From the NCBI GenBank assembly GCA_045591265.1, contig JAZNSQ010000003.1:20150-84149 (forward strand): a DNA stretch of 64,000 bases, in the 5' to 3' direction. Positions 30,869 through 40,370 of this stretch are shown here, piece by piece. The stretch's first letter is position 1; each line of letters begins with the position of its first letter. The position numbers and the translations under genes are program-made. A model generated the notes under the pieces. It searched no databases. It was not told where the DNA came from and worked only from the letters and a program-made list of their open reading frames with translations. This DNA is from Clostridia bacterium (GTDB lineage: Bacteria; Bacillota; Clostridia; UMGS1883).

Positions 30869-31259
30869 CATCTTCACAACAAGAAGCACATCTTTGTTTA
30901 TCGTCTTCAAGGCAATCTTCTACCGGAGGGAAAAATTCATCTACCGGGAAGTTAATATTTGCAAACATTTCGCACGGGTCATCAGGAGTAGAAGCCACAC
31001 ATTCTTTTTCAGGAATGCAGAAGTCGTATGCAGGAATAAGAAGCTGAACATTTCTTTCAAGCTTAATAATTGTGAAAAGACCGATTGTAACGTAAATTTT
31101 ACGCTGATTTTCGCGGTTTCCTACGAAGCGGTCTTCATACACTCTGCGAACACAATCGGGGATATTGCAGATGTCTATTTCTTCGTCAGAGTATCTGCAG
31201 CATTTGTCATTAGGCTCTGCAAGCTTCGCACCGAGGCAAATCGGGTCAACTACTTCCAC
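30864..31259 (-). CDS. Uncharacterised cysteine-rich acidic small protein (131 aa), paralogous to the ORF at 43039-43533.
   Basis: About 13 Cys residues, including CC..C-x4-CVRRVY and a C-terminal CASCCEDE. GTG start only 16 nt after the recombinase stop, with no independent Shine-Dalgarno sequence, so it is probably translationally coupled. No recognisable family. Confidence 0.5.
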   Translation of the reverse strand: MEVVDPICLGAKLAEPNDKCCRYSDEEIDICNIPDCVRRVYEDRFVGNRENQRKIYVTIGLFTIIKLERNVQLLIPAYDFCIPEKECVASTPDDPCEMFANINFPVDEFFPPVEDCLEDDKQRCASCCEDE

Positions 31260-31275
31260 TGCAGACTACAAAATG

Positions 31276-32703
31276 TCACTTCCAGATTATTTTTACACTT
31301 TCGTCTTCACAAATAATTTTATCTATTACTTCTTTTAAAAAGGCGTTTGCATACTCTGTGTTTAGTGCATTTAATATAGACTGAAAAAGTGTTTTTTGTG
31401 ATATTTCTTTATCCTCGAAATTAGAAGCGCGACCATAAGAAAGGGAATTTATCTCTTTCTCTAATTTTTTGATGTGGTTTTTAAGTGATGAAAGGTCAAT
31501 TATTTCGTTTATATACATATTCATATATTTTTCTTTTTTATCGTTAAGATTTTTAATTTTTATATTTGCACCCTTATCAATGCACCGATTTTTACAGTTA
31601 ATTTCTTTTAAAAAGGACTTCTTATCTTCAATCTTTTTATATAAAAAATCGGCTATTTCATAAATCAATTCGTCTTCATTTATTTTAGAAGAATTTGAAC
31701 AAAATCTCTGACTGTTATTATTTCTTCCCGAGCATTGCCAAATGGCTTTTTTCCCTTCCTTTTTCTTTCTTATTCTTCTTGTAAATGAATAGTTGCATCT
31801 CCCACATTTTATAAGGGTGCTTAAGGGATATGCTCCGCTTTTTCGCGCAGTGCGGGATTTGTATATCTCTCTATTTTTCTCAAGAAGCATTTGTGCTTTG
31901 TTAAAGGTTTCTTCATCAATTATCTTAAGCTCAGGCTTTTTAAAAGTGAATTCAGAAACATCCTCAAGCATTTTTGTTTTTCCCGTAAGGTAGTTTGTAA
32001 CCTCACTTTTCTTTGAGATAAGAATGCCCGCATAAAGCTTATTTTCAAGTATTCTTCTGACAGTTTTCGGAGTCCATTTATCCTTATTTTTAAAAGTGGA
32101 AATATTATTTTGGGTAAGTGTGTCTGAAATTTTTCTTGTGCCCATATTTTTATTTACATACATATCAAATATTTCCTTAATGACCTTTGATTGCTCTTTA
32201 TTAATTTCAAGCGTAAAATTATCTATTCTGTCGTATCCATAAATAAAATTCGGTACTTTACCTTTTTTTGCATTTACTTTTTTCCCAAACTTCACCCTTT
32301 CAGAAAGATTTGCACTTTCCTCCTGCGCAAGCGCAGAAAACATAGTAAGCACAAACTCACTTGCACCGAGCACTGTCTGATTGGTGGATAAAAAAAGCAC
32401 GTCAACATTAAGCTCTTTAAGCTTTCTTATCGAAATTAGAAAATCAACTGTATTTCTTGCAAATCTTGAAACATCCTTTACGGCAACCAGATCAAACAAG
32501 CCAATTTTCGCATCCTCCATAAGCTTTAAAAACTCTTTTCTGTTCTTCATTTGTTTTCCGCTTATGCCTTCATCAGAATACATTTTTATAAGCGTGTGAT
32601 TGTTTCTTTTGGCAAACTCCTCAAAAAATGCTTTTTGATTTTCAAGCGATTCTAACTGTTCATCTTTATTAGTAGATACTCTGCAGTATGCTACTAATCT
32701 CAT
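31276..32703 (-). CDS. Large serine recombinase (resolvase N-domain, recombinase domain and zinc ribbon).
   Basis: N-terminal VAYCRVSTNKDEQLESLENQ with catalytic Ser and VAVKDVSRFARN. C-terminal zinc ribbon CGRCNYSF...WQCSGRNNNSQRFC, 475 aa. AAGGAGG ribosome-binding site. Confidence 0.9.
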   Translation of the reverse strand: MRLVAYCRVSTNKDEQLESLENQKAFFEEFAKRNNHTLIKMYSDEGISGKQMKNRKEFLKLMEDAKIGLFDLVAVKDVSRFARNTVDFLISIRKLKELNVDVLFLSTNQTVLGASEFVLTMFSALAQEESANLSERVKFGKKVNAKKGKVPNFIYGYDRIDNFTLEINKEQSKVIKEIFDMYVNKNMGTRKISDTLTQNNISTFKNKDKWTPKTVRRILENKLYAGILISKKSEVTNYLTGKTKMLEDVSEFTFKKPELKIIDEETFNKAQMLLEKNREIYKSRTARKSGAYPLSTLIKCGRCNYSFTRRIRKKKEGKKAIWQCSGRNNNSQRFCSNSSKINEDELIYEIADFLYKKIEDKKSFLKEINCKNRCIDKGANIKIKNLNDKKEKYMNMYINEIIDLSSLKNHIKKLEKEINSLSYGRASNFEDKEISQKTLFQSILNALNTEYANAFLKEVIDKIICEDESVKIIWK

Positions 32704-32723
32704 TTACATTCCTCCTTAAAAAA

Positions 32724-32758
32724 ACCATAATCCCATGTTTGGGGATTATGGTCTTTTA
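32724..32758 (-). terminator. Hairpin plus T-run directly upstream of the recombinase ribosome-binding site; terminator of the SGNH esterase gene and possible attenuator.
   Basis: accataatccc/gggattatggt 11-bp perfect inverted repeat with a 7-nt loop. On the minus strand it is followed by T7 and then AAGGAGG-N7-ATG of the recombinase. Confidence 0.5.
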
Positions 32759-32900
32759 TTAGAAATTATCAATTTAATTAATAGCTTTTCTATCTCTTTT
32801 CCAGAAAGCATACATTCTTTTGTAATGTGAATATATTTGACTTTCATATCTATTCCCCTTTGCTTCATTTTATTAGGGGGATTTTTAATTATTCATATTT

Positions 32901-33881
32901 TTAAAAGAAAGCTTCCTTTAATATTGGGACAAGATTTTTTGAAACGGTTTTATGCCCCTCTCTTGTGGGGTGGATTGGGTCTTTGGGAATCCATCCATCA
33001 GTATCGACAAATAAAACGCTGTCATCATTTTCCTTATTGTACTTTTTAACCATTTCACCAAGTGCCTTATTGTATCTGTAGATATAAGCAGACAGAGCCA
33101 CAATTTCCGCATCGGGGTTAATTTTTCTTACAAGCTTTATAAATTCCTCGTATGCGGTTATATATTCTTCCTCGGTTGCATCATAGTCATTTGCACCGTG
33201 ATTTATTACAATGATTTCTGCGCCTGAAGGAACCCTCTCCACATTATTAAATATATACGGATATGCTTCATATACTCTCGGCACACCGCCACTTCCGCCT
33301 TTCGTAAGACCTACTGCACCATAACCCATAGTGTAAGGCTTCATACCGAGTGCTTCTGCTGTGAGGCAGGCATAGGTTGCGGTTGAGTCATTCTGAAAGA
33401 CCATATTGTTGTGGTTATTATAACCCCCGGGAAATGGCGCCCTTTCTTCATTTGCCCATGTGCCCTCTGTTATAGAGTCACCGATAAATTCAATGATTTT
33501 ACGATTATCTTCAGGGAGTACGCCTTCACCATCTGCTTCAAAACCCGTAAAGGAAATCTTGCCTACAAGAGGTTCAAACCACCTTTGCTGGTCCTCCATA
33601 GCAGATTTGTATGTTATTTTTACAACGTGATTACCTTCTTGGGGTGTTTCGATACGGATAAAAGGCTCTACCCTTACTTCTGTCTTTGCACCGCCGTCCA
33701 CCTGAATATAGAGGTGGGGATAAGGTTCACTATTAAGTTTTGTATCAAAGGAAAGGTCACACCATTTTCCTGTGAATGCTAATTCTAAATATGAGCCGAG
33801 AGCTGTTGTTACTAAAGCGTCTTCCCTTTTTGCCCAGCGGCCAAAACTTCTTACAGAATTACTTAAATGACTTACTTTCAT
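32901..33881 (-). CDS. SGNH/GDSL-family carbohydrate esterase with an N-terminal beta-sandwich domain (CE2-like), cytoplasmic.
   Basis: GDSITEG block I with catalytic Ser, INHGANDY block III and HPTREGH block V. An N-terminal domain of about 130 aa. No signal peptide. Confidence 0.75.
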   Translation of the reverse strand: MKVSHLSNSVRSFGRWAKREDALVTTALGSYLELAFTGKWCDLSFDTKLNSEPYPHLYIQVDGGAKTEVRVEPFIRIETPQEGNHVVKITYKSAMEDQQRWFEPLVGKISFTGFEADGEGVLPEDNRKIIEFIGDSITEGTWANEERAPFPGGYNNHNNMVFQNDSTATYACLTAEALGMKPYTMGYGAVGLTKGGSGGVPRVYEAYPYIFNNVERVPSGAEIIVINHGANDYDATEEEYITAYEEFIKLVRKINPDAEIVALSAYIYRYNKALGEMVKKYNKENDDSVLFVDTDGWIPKDPIHPTREGHKTVSKNLVPILKEAFF

Positions 33882-33897
33882 AGTTCTCTCTCCTGTT

Positions 33898-34718
33898 TTA
33901 CTTTGCGTTAGTATATTTTTTTACATACTCTGTGGGCGTAATACCCATATATTCTTTATAGGCATTATTAAATGTGCGAATACTTTGAAATCCACTTTCT
34001 ATTGCGGCTTCAGTTACAAGTTTGCCTTCACCGAGCAGTTGATTTGCATTCTTTATTCGGAGTGCATTTATATACTCATTAAGACCCGTGCCCGCATATT
34101 TTGAAAAGAGAGATGCAAGTCTTCCGCGAGACATATAAAGCTTATTAGCTATAATCGAGATATTGATTTCCTCTTTAAAATGCTCATTGACATATTCAGC
34201 AATTTTGTAAAAATCTTTTCTGTCATTCTTTTTTGTTGCACTTCCCTCTTCTGCAGGGAAATACCTCATTAAAAGAAAATATATGGATGATATTACTGAC
34301 TGGAGATATGGATTATCCTGCGCTTTTTGAGCACTGTACTCTTTATCTGTAATCTCAATCAAGGCATTAAGCTCCTGCCTGAGATTTTTGACAGAGTCTA
34401 TCTCTTCAGCTAAAATATATGTTTTTAGGGGTTTATTCTTTTTTCTACACCTAAAAGAATCTTAACCGGGAATTGAATTATTCTTGCATCCACTTTTTCG
34501 CTCTTAACGAGCAAGCTATGAACAGACCTCTCACGGATTGCTATGATATCCCCTTCTTTGACTTCCGTAAGCTTTCCGTCAATGAGAAAAGAGCATTTAC
34601 CTTTAACGGGCATACATAATTCGTAGTTTTCATGCCAGTGAAAAGGATATTCTCCTTCTTTATAGGATCCAATATGCGAAATCAATTCTGCTCTGGTGAT
34701 TTCTTGTGTAATTTCCAT
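33898..34718 (-). pseudogene. AraC-family regulator split by a frameshift: cupin N-domain ORF 34425-34718 plus HTH ORF 33898-34362.
   Basis: The 97-aa cupin ORF (HWHENYEL) ends at 34425. The HTH ORF's frame is open upstream to 34461 in the +1 frame. The junction lies in homopolymer runs (T5 at 34422-26 and T6 at 34439-44 on the plus strand). The combined length of about 270 aa matches intact AraC regulators. Confidence 0.6.
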
Positions 34719-34751
34719 AATAAATCCCCCCCTGTCTGAGAAAATTTATTT

Positions 34752-36896
34752 TTAAGCGCGTTTTAATACAATTCTGAAGCTGTATTTCTGAGTGCTGTCA
34801 GGAAGATATGAAAGCTTAAGAATATTTCCAGTTTTTTCTGTCTTTTCAAAGCCTGTGTATTCCTTAAGCACATATCCATCGGGCACAAAAACACCTACTG
34901 TATACAAATCATTTTTAATAAGATTTGCACTGAAGGTAATTTTTCCGTCTTCCGTTGCCATATCCGTAATTTCCAGTGCGCCTTGTGAAATATGACGTGA
35001 TGTTGTAATTATCTGCGGTGCGCCCGTAAGCTTTCTTACGGAAAGAATACGACACTCATACGGCTTAATTGTAAGATTTATCGAATCATCAAATATGCCT
35101 AAAAATTCATCGCGGTAGTAGTCATAAACAAGATACTTCCCGTCAGCAAGATGAAGGTCTTCTGAAAGGCTTACTGTTTTAACTATTTCCTTATCCGTGG
35201 TATTAAATATACCTGTAATAAGATAATTTTCATAATCCTCATTGATATTTAAGTTAATGATAAAGTTTTCCTTATCAACACAAGGATTTACCAAATCCAT
35301 CGGATGAATGTCAAGCACGGGAATACTACGCTTTATAAGGTCAATCTTCTCTTCTGAAAGAGCATCAAATTCATCACCGAAATTCATCGGGAGTCCAAGA
35401 AGAGAAAAGAGTGCCAGCCTTGATTTAGCCTGTTCAAAGTCGCTAAACTCATCACGAAGTACAACATTATCAGGGTCATTATAAAACTGAATGTTGTGAA
35501 GCGGGTAAAACATTTCAAGCCTTTTTAAATTGCTCATATGCTCCTCCCATGTAAAGACGTCATTACCTATTCGAGCTGCATCAAATACATCGGAAGCCCA
35601 GAGAATATCACCCATAAATACACCTGCGCAAGAAAGCATATACATATCCTTTCCAAGTATTTCACGGGTTTTCTTCATAACATTTTTAATAGCATCCTTC
35701 GTTGAAAGAGTTGGGTCATACATATTTGCATGGTACTTATTATGCATAAGCATACTAATCGGAATTGTATCAAACTTAATTGCATCATAACCCCACTCAA
35801 GAACATTCTTTACCGCTACAGGAAGATACTCATTTAAGTAATGAGGATTTGAAAAATCGTAATAATATCTTCCGCACCAGGAAACCTCATCAACCAAAAG
35901 TATGTCAGGATATTTTTCTATAAACTCATTTTTGCTGGGTTCATTTGTATATCCAATCCAGATGGCAGGGATAAGCCCCAATTCCTTGATTTTATCTGCA
36001 ACGTACTTCATTCCGTTGGGATATTTTACAGGGTCAGGCTTTAATGAGTTAACGCCGTCAGTTCGTTCCGGAATTTCACCTTTAACACCATAGAAAAGAT
36101 GATGATACCATTCAAAATCCACCCATACGGCATTTGCACCGAAATCCTTAAGATTTTCAGCCTGCCACTTTGCATTTTTAAGTACTTTCTCCTCACAGGC
36201 ATCGAATTTAACGGCGTACCATGTCATCCAGCCAACAGGAGGATTGGTAAATGTAGAATTTCTGTTTATTGGCGAAAAATCAATGTGATACTTTTTAGCG
36301 AGATAGTTCTCCAAAACCTTAAATTCGAAATTCTCACCTTCTGATATTTCAGCTTCAAAGCTGTAACTATCATTGTTTTTAGAAAGCTGTGTCTTTCCTG
36401 ACTTTCCAAGAACTACTGCATTGTCTGTTTTTCGATTATAAATCGCATTATCTACAGTAGATATAGCATTCCCAACTGCGCAGCGGAAATCGGTTGCATT
36501 TCTTTCTACGCTAACCGGGAAAACATCCATATTTACGTCAAGCGAAATATCACCGACTATCTTAATAGTCTGTTTTTCCTTTGAAGCATCTTCTACAATT
36601 ATGCTTTCATTTCCAGCAGAAAACTTAAAGGATAAAACGTTTTCCTCTTCCTTGTCATTTTTAAAGTCGAGTGTAAGAAAAACAAGCTGTACCTCTTCAC
36701 TCGGAACGCAAACTGCTTCACTTACTGAAAAGTCTTTTACGTGGTTAAATTTATTCTCTTTTTTATCAAACCACTCTATATGCGCGTTTGACACTATTTC
36801 TTTTTTATCATAGAAGATACTGAAGGTATGATTTTGGGTATCATACCATACAGTATATTTATCAAATCCGCAATATCTTTTTATGTTCTGCGTCAT
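34752..36896 (-). CDS. Large cytoplasmic glycoside hydrolase, probably alpha-galactosidase-like (GH36-like TIM-barrel family).
   Basis: 714 aa. N-terminal beta-sandwich, a central barrel with WVDFEWY and AIKFDTIP (a KxD-type nucleophile motif) and C-terminal beta domains. No signal peptide. Family assignment is tentative. Confidence 0.5.
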   Translation of the reverse strand: MTQNIKRYCGFDKYTVWYDTQNHTFSIFYDKKEIVSNAHIEWFDKKENKFNHVKDFSVSEAVCVPSEEVQLVFLTLDFKNDKEEENVLSFKFSAGNESIIVEDASKEKQTIKIVGDISLDVNMDVFPVSVERNATDFRCAVGNAISTVDNAIYNRKTDNAVVLGKSGKTQLSKNNDSYSFEAEISEGENFEFKVLENYLAKKYHIDFSPINRNSTFTNPPVGWMTWYAVKFDACEEKVLKNAKWQAENLKDFGANAVWVDFEWYHHLFYGVKGEIPERTDGVNSLKPDPVKYPNGMKYVADKIKELGLIPAIWIGYTNEPSKNEFIEKYPDILLVDEVSWCGRYYYDFSNPHYLNEYLPVAVKNVLEWGYDAIKFDTIPISMLMHNKYHANMYDPTLSTKDAIKNVMKKTREILGKDMYMLSCAGVFMGDILWASDVFDAARIGNDVFTWEEHMSNLKRLEMFYPLHNIQFYNDPDNVVLRDEFSDFEQAKSRLALFSLLGLPMNFGDEFDALSEEKIDLIKRSIPVLDIHPMDLVNPCVDKENFIINLNINEDYENYLITGIFNTTDKEIVKTVSLSEDLHLADGKYLVYDYYRDEFLGIFDDSINLTIKPYECRILSVRKLTGAPQIITTSRHISQGALEITDMATEDGKITFSANLIKNDLYTVGVFVPDGYVLKEYTGFEKTEKTGNILKLSYLPDSTQKYSFRIVLKRA

Positions 36897-36918
36897 AAGA
36901 ATACTCCGTTTCTTTTAA

Positions 36919-38310
36919 TTAGAAAACTTTAACCTCAATATTAAGATACTTTTCAAATGCTTCCTTAACTGCATCCTTACAGTCGCAAAGTGCAATAGCA
37001 ATATGGTGCTTGTATCCGTTTTCTGCCATATATACGCAGATATCGTTGATGCCTTCCTTCTTAACAACCTTACCTGAGCCAAAGAATTCCTTGTCAAATG
37101 AATCCTCTGTAAACTCACCGTCAGATACAAATGCCATCATCTTGCCGTTCTCTGTCTTAAAGCTACCGAAAGTGATGGCGCCCGGAAGAATTCTTGCCTT
37201 GTTTACGCCAACGCCTGTTCCGTCACCATATGTTTTCTTAAACATAAGATGCTCTACAGTTTCGCCTTTTCCATCCATCATATTCATCGGAAGAGGACCG
37301 CAGTGGAACATTATTGCTTTATCCTTTTCGTCGCCATAGTTATTGTTAAAGTCAAGAAGTGCAACACCGTCATCTACTGCAAGTGAAAGTGCACGCATCA
37401 TTATTGCATTGTATATATCAAGCTCACATGCGGCTGCAATACCTTTTTTGTTAAGTATACCAAGGTTTGTGCAGGGCGCAAATGCAAACTCTGTCTGGAA
37501 TTCTGACCAACATCTGATAGCGATTGACTGAAGGTTGTATTCTTTAATTATATCCTCGAGTACAATCTGAAGCTTTGCAATATTGTCAAGCTTTTCTTCA
37601 GGCCAGGAGCCAAAGTCTGTAGTTTTAAGTATTTCTTCTTTTACTTTCGGAAGAAGTGCGGTGTCAACATTTCTCATACGAGCAAAAACTTCACTTAAGT
37701 CGATAGACTCAACATTAATTCCTGCTCTTTCAAGAGTTGTTTCATCAACACGTACTGTCTTAAAGGCAGTTGTTCTTGCACCGATTGCGCCGATGTTAAA
37801 ATTCTTCATTCCATCTACTATACGACAGATTCTCTCAAAGTTTAAGAGGTCCTTTTTAAAGGATTCACTGCTTGGCTTTGATACAAAATCTGTTGTCTGT
37901 GTAAACTTGATGCCTGCCTGACGAAGAAGGTTACACATAGCAAACTTTCCGCACATTGCATCACGACGGTGAGCAAAGTCCATTTTGCCGAGTTCATCAG
38001 AATATGCCTGAACAAGTATCGGCACATTTGCATTACGAAGTGCTACAACAGCACCATTTTCGTCACCAAAGTTAGGAAGTGAAAGAATAATGCCCTGGAA
38101 TTTGCCTTCGTTTTCTTTTAAGAACTGGGCAAAAAGCTCACCTTCCTCGCGAGTTTCAATCGCACCATATCTGGTCTTTGACTCATCCATACAGATGTAG
38201 TCATTTCCTGATTCTTTAATTACCTCAAAAAGCTCCTTGCGTGCCCCATCAATTACTTCACCGGGGAAGAATCCGCGATTTCCGATATAAAGCGCAAATG
38301 TCATTTTCAT
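36919..38310 (-). CDS. L-fucose/L-arabinose isomerase-family sugar isomerase.
   Basis: The FALYIGNRGFFPGEV...GIILSLPNFGDE N-terminal region is typical of the FucI/AraA fold family. The start was moved to MKMTFAL, which has an AAAGGAG ribosome-binding site. Confidence 0.7.
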   Translation of the reverse strand: MKMTFALYIGNRGFFPGEVIDGARKELFEVIKESGNDYICMDESKTRYGAIETREEGELFAQFLKENEGKFQGIILSLPNFGDENGAVVALRNANVPILVQAYSDELGKMDFAHRRDAMCGKFAMCNLLRQAGIKFTQTTDFVSKPSSESFKKDLLNFERICRIVDGMKNFNIGAIGARTTAFKTVRVDETTLERAGINVESIDLSEVFARMRNVDTALLPKVKEEILKTTDFGSWPEEKLDNIAKLQIVLEDIIKEYNLQSIAIRCWSEFQTEFAFAPCTNLGILNKKGIAAACELDIYNAIMMRALSLAVDDGVALLDFNNNYGDEKDKAIMFHCGPLPMNMMDGKGETVEHLMFKKTYGDGTGVGVNKARILPGAITFGSFKTENGKMMAFVSDGEFTEDSFDKEFFGSGKVVKKEGINDICVYMAENGYKHHIAIALCDCKDAVKEAFEKYLNIEVKVF

Positions 38311-38443
38311 AATTTCCAATCTCCTTTTTAATATACTGGTATTACCCATCTAATAACATTTTACTTTTCTTTCTTTTTCAAAAATAGTCAAATTCTTCTC
38401 TAAAAATTAGTAAAATTGTTTTATGCGTTCACAAATTTACAAT

Positions 38444-39295
38444 TTATTTCTCCAAAATAAAAGGAAATTTCTTACGATACTCACTCGGTGAGCATCCGTA
38501 ATACCTTTTAAATAGCTTTGAAAAATAATTATAATCGGGAATTCCTGATTTCACACTGATTTTCTGAATTTTCTCATCACTGTTTGTAAGAAGAGTCTTT
38601 GCCATTTCCATACGCAATTTCAGGATATAATCACCTATTGTTATATCAAAATGCTTTTTCCACAGTAAATAGAGTTTGTTTTTTGAAATCTGGAATCTTT
38701 TGCATATAATTGGGATTGATAATTCATTTTGAATATTGTTTATCAAAAATTCATTAACTTCCTCTATAAAATCGTCTTCTGTCAGCTCGATGCTTTTGCT
38801 TGTAAAAAACTGCATAATTGCTGCACGAAGGATATTTGCCGTAGACTGTATAGCCTCGTGCTTCATAATTCTTACATTTTTGTATGCCTTACTCAGCTTT
38901 TCGTAATCTAAGTCTAAATCATTACTTAAACCTAAAAGCTCATCATTACTGTCCCTTTCCGTTTCGTCCTCTCTTATTTGTCCAAAAAGAACGAAGGCTA
39001 CCACCTTTTCCTTGTAAATAATCGGCACTGCAGTATCAATAAGCTTCGCATGGCATCTATGCCTTGTGGGAAGATGCGTTATATTACATTCTTCAATGAG
39101 CTTTTTATCGCACATCAGACATCTTTTTTTCCCAATTTTGCTTTCTTTAATGAGCTTGCAAAACTGTGGCATCTCCTGCGGAGCGTAAGCAAGCTGATTC
39201 ATCTCCTTATCCCAAAAGCTTACGGTAAGGCCTGTCATATTATAAAAGTCAGACAAAAATGATTTTATTTTTTCAACATCATACTTTATAACCAT
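38444..39295 (-). CDS. PocR sensory domain plus AraC-type HTH transcriptional regulator.
   Basis: PocR-like N-terminal region (MTGLTVSFWDKEMNQLAY...CLMCDKK) and a C-terminal AraC HTH (DYNYFSKLFKRYYGCSPSEYRKK). The start was moved to MVIKYD, which has a GGAAGAGG ribosome-binding site. Confidence 0.75.
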   Translation of the reverse strand: MVIKYDVEKIKSFLSDFYNMTGLTVSFWDKEMNQLAYAPQEMPQFCKLIKESKIGKKRCLMCDKKLIEECNITHLPTRHRCHAKLIDTAVPIIYKEKVVAFVLFGQIREDETERDSNDELLGLSNDLDLDYEKLSKAYKNVRIMKHEAIQSTANILRAAIMQFFTSKSIELTEDDFIEEVNEFLINNIQNELSIPIICKRFQISKNKLYLLWKKHFDITIGDYILKLRMEMAKTLLTNSDEKIQKISVKSGIPDYNYFSKLFKRYYGCSPSEYRKKFPFILEK

Positions 39296-39373
39296 ATCTA
39301 AATACCTCTTCCTACACATTAGGCAATATATCCACGTGGGACATATTGCCTAATATTATAAGATATTTAATTA

Positions 39374-40261
39374 TTATTTCATATACTTTTTAAGCATATT
39401 CTTCTCAAATTCAAGAAGATATTTTGCTTCTGCGTCAATTCTCTCCTCTGTGGGATTTTCTACGAGGTTGCGGTATACGTGGATATCACGGCCAACCTCT
39501 CCGCCTTCCATAACAAAAGGTTCAGACACAATTCTGCCTTTATAGTTAATGTCAGCGAGAGCGCCAAAGATTTCATCCCAGTCAAGATGACCTCTGCCGG
39601 GAGCTGTACGGTTGTTTTCACCTGTGTGGAAGCTTGTGAGCTTGTCACCTACAAGGCGGATTGCATCACCGATATTATTTTCTTCAATATTCATATGGTA
39701 AGTGTCAAGAAGTACGCCGATATTTGGGCTGTCAATTTCCTCTGAATAACGAAGAGCTTCCTCTGCCGTATTTATAAGGCAGGTTTCAAAACGGTTTACT
39801 GCTTCAACACAATATGTAACTCCGCATTCTTCTGCAACCTTAATAATTTCGCGCATACTTTTTATGCTCTGTTCCCAGTAAGGACGCTTGTCCCCGAGGA
39901 AATTATCAGGTGTTCCCCATCCTGCATAGCTTACACCACTAAGAAGTGTGCCGCCGCCAACATGCATCTTGCGAACGATATTTGAAAGGTACTCTACTCC
40001 GCCTTTTCTGATGCCTTCGTCAAGAGAAGAAACATCATACGCTCTGTCAAGACCAAGACTGTATGTAAGCTCAATACCTACCTCGTCTGCAAGTGCCTTT
40101 AAAGAACGGATTTTGTCATCTGACATTTCAAGAAGTGGCTGCGCCTGAAATTCAAGCACGTCAAAGCCAATCTCTTTTGCCTTTCTTATATACTTTGCAT
40201 GGTCTGCATCCCAGTTTTTTTCCCAAAAATTCATAAAAATTCCAAGTTTATTCATTTTCAT
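39374..40261 (-). CDS. Xylose-isomerase-like TIM-barrel sugar (phosphate) isomerase/epimerase (IolE/IolI/tagatose-epimerase-like).
   Basis: 295 aa. Conserved Glu/His/Asp metal-binding pattern (CVEAVNRFE, LDTYHMNIEE). Confidence 0.8.
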   Translation of the reverse strand: MKMNKLGIFMNFWEKNWDADHAKYIRKAKEIGFDVLEFQAQPLLEMSDDKIRSLKALADEVGIELTYSLGLDRAYDVSSLDEGIRKGGVEYLSNIVRKMHVGGGTLLSGVSYAGWGTPDNFLGDKRPYWEQSIKSMREIIKVAEECGVTYCVEAVNRFETCLINTAEEALRYSEEIDSPNIGVLLDTYHMNIEENNIGDAIRLVGDKLTSFHTGENNRTAPGRGHLDWDEIFGALADINYKGRIVSEPFVMEGGEVGRDIHVYRNLVENPTEERIDAEAKYLLEFEKNMLKKYMK

Positions 40262-40370
40262 TTTCCTTTCATATTTTTGTTAATTTCAAGATATCATTTT
40301 TTTTAAATTTAGTAAATACATCTTGGAAATGTTACGACATTTTTGCCAAAACCGGCTACATTTTTTCTTT

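Noticed and set aside
30894-31316. 140-aa plus-strand ORF antisense to the cysteine-rich gene and the end of the recombinase.
   Set aside because: It has no ribosome-binding site, low-complexity translation, and it overlaps two well-supported minus-strand genes.
31276-32703. Prophage call based on the large serine recombinase.
   Set aside because: There are no capsid, terminase, tail, repressor or lysis genes anywhere nearby. Only metabolic and regulatory cargo is present, so at most a degraded or minimal integrative element.
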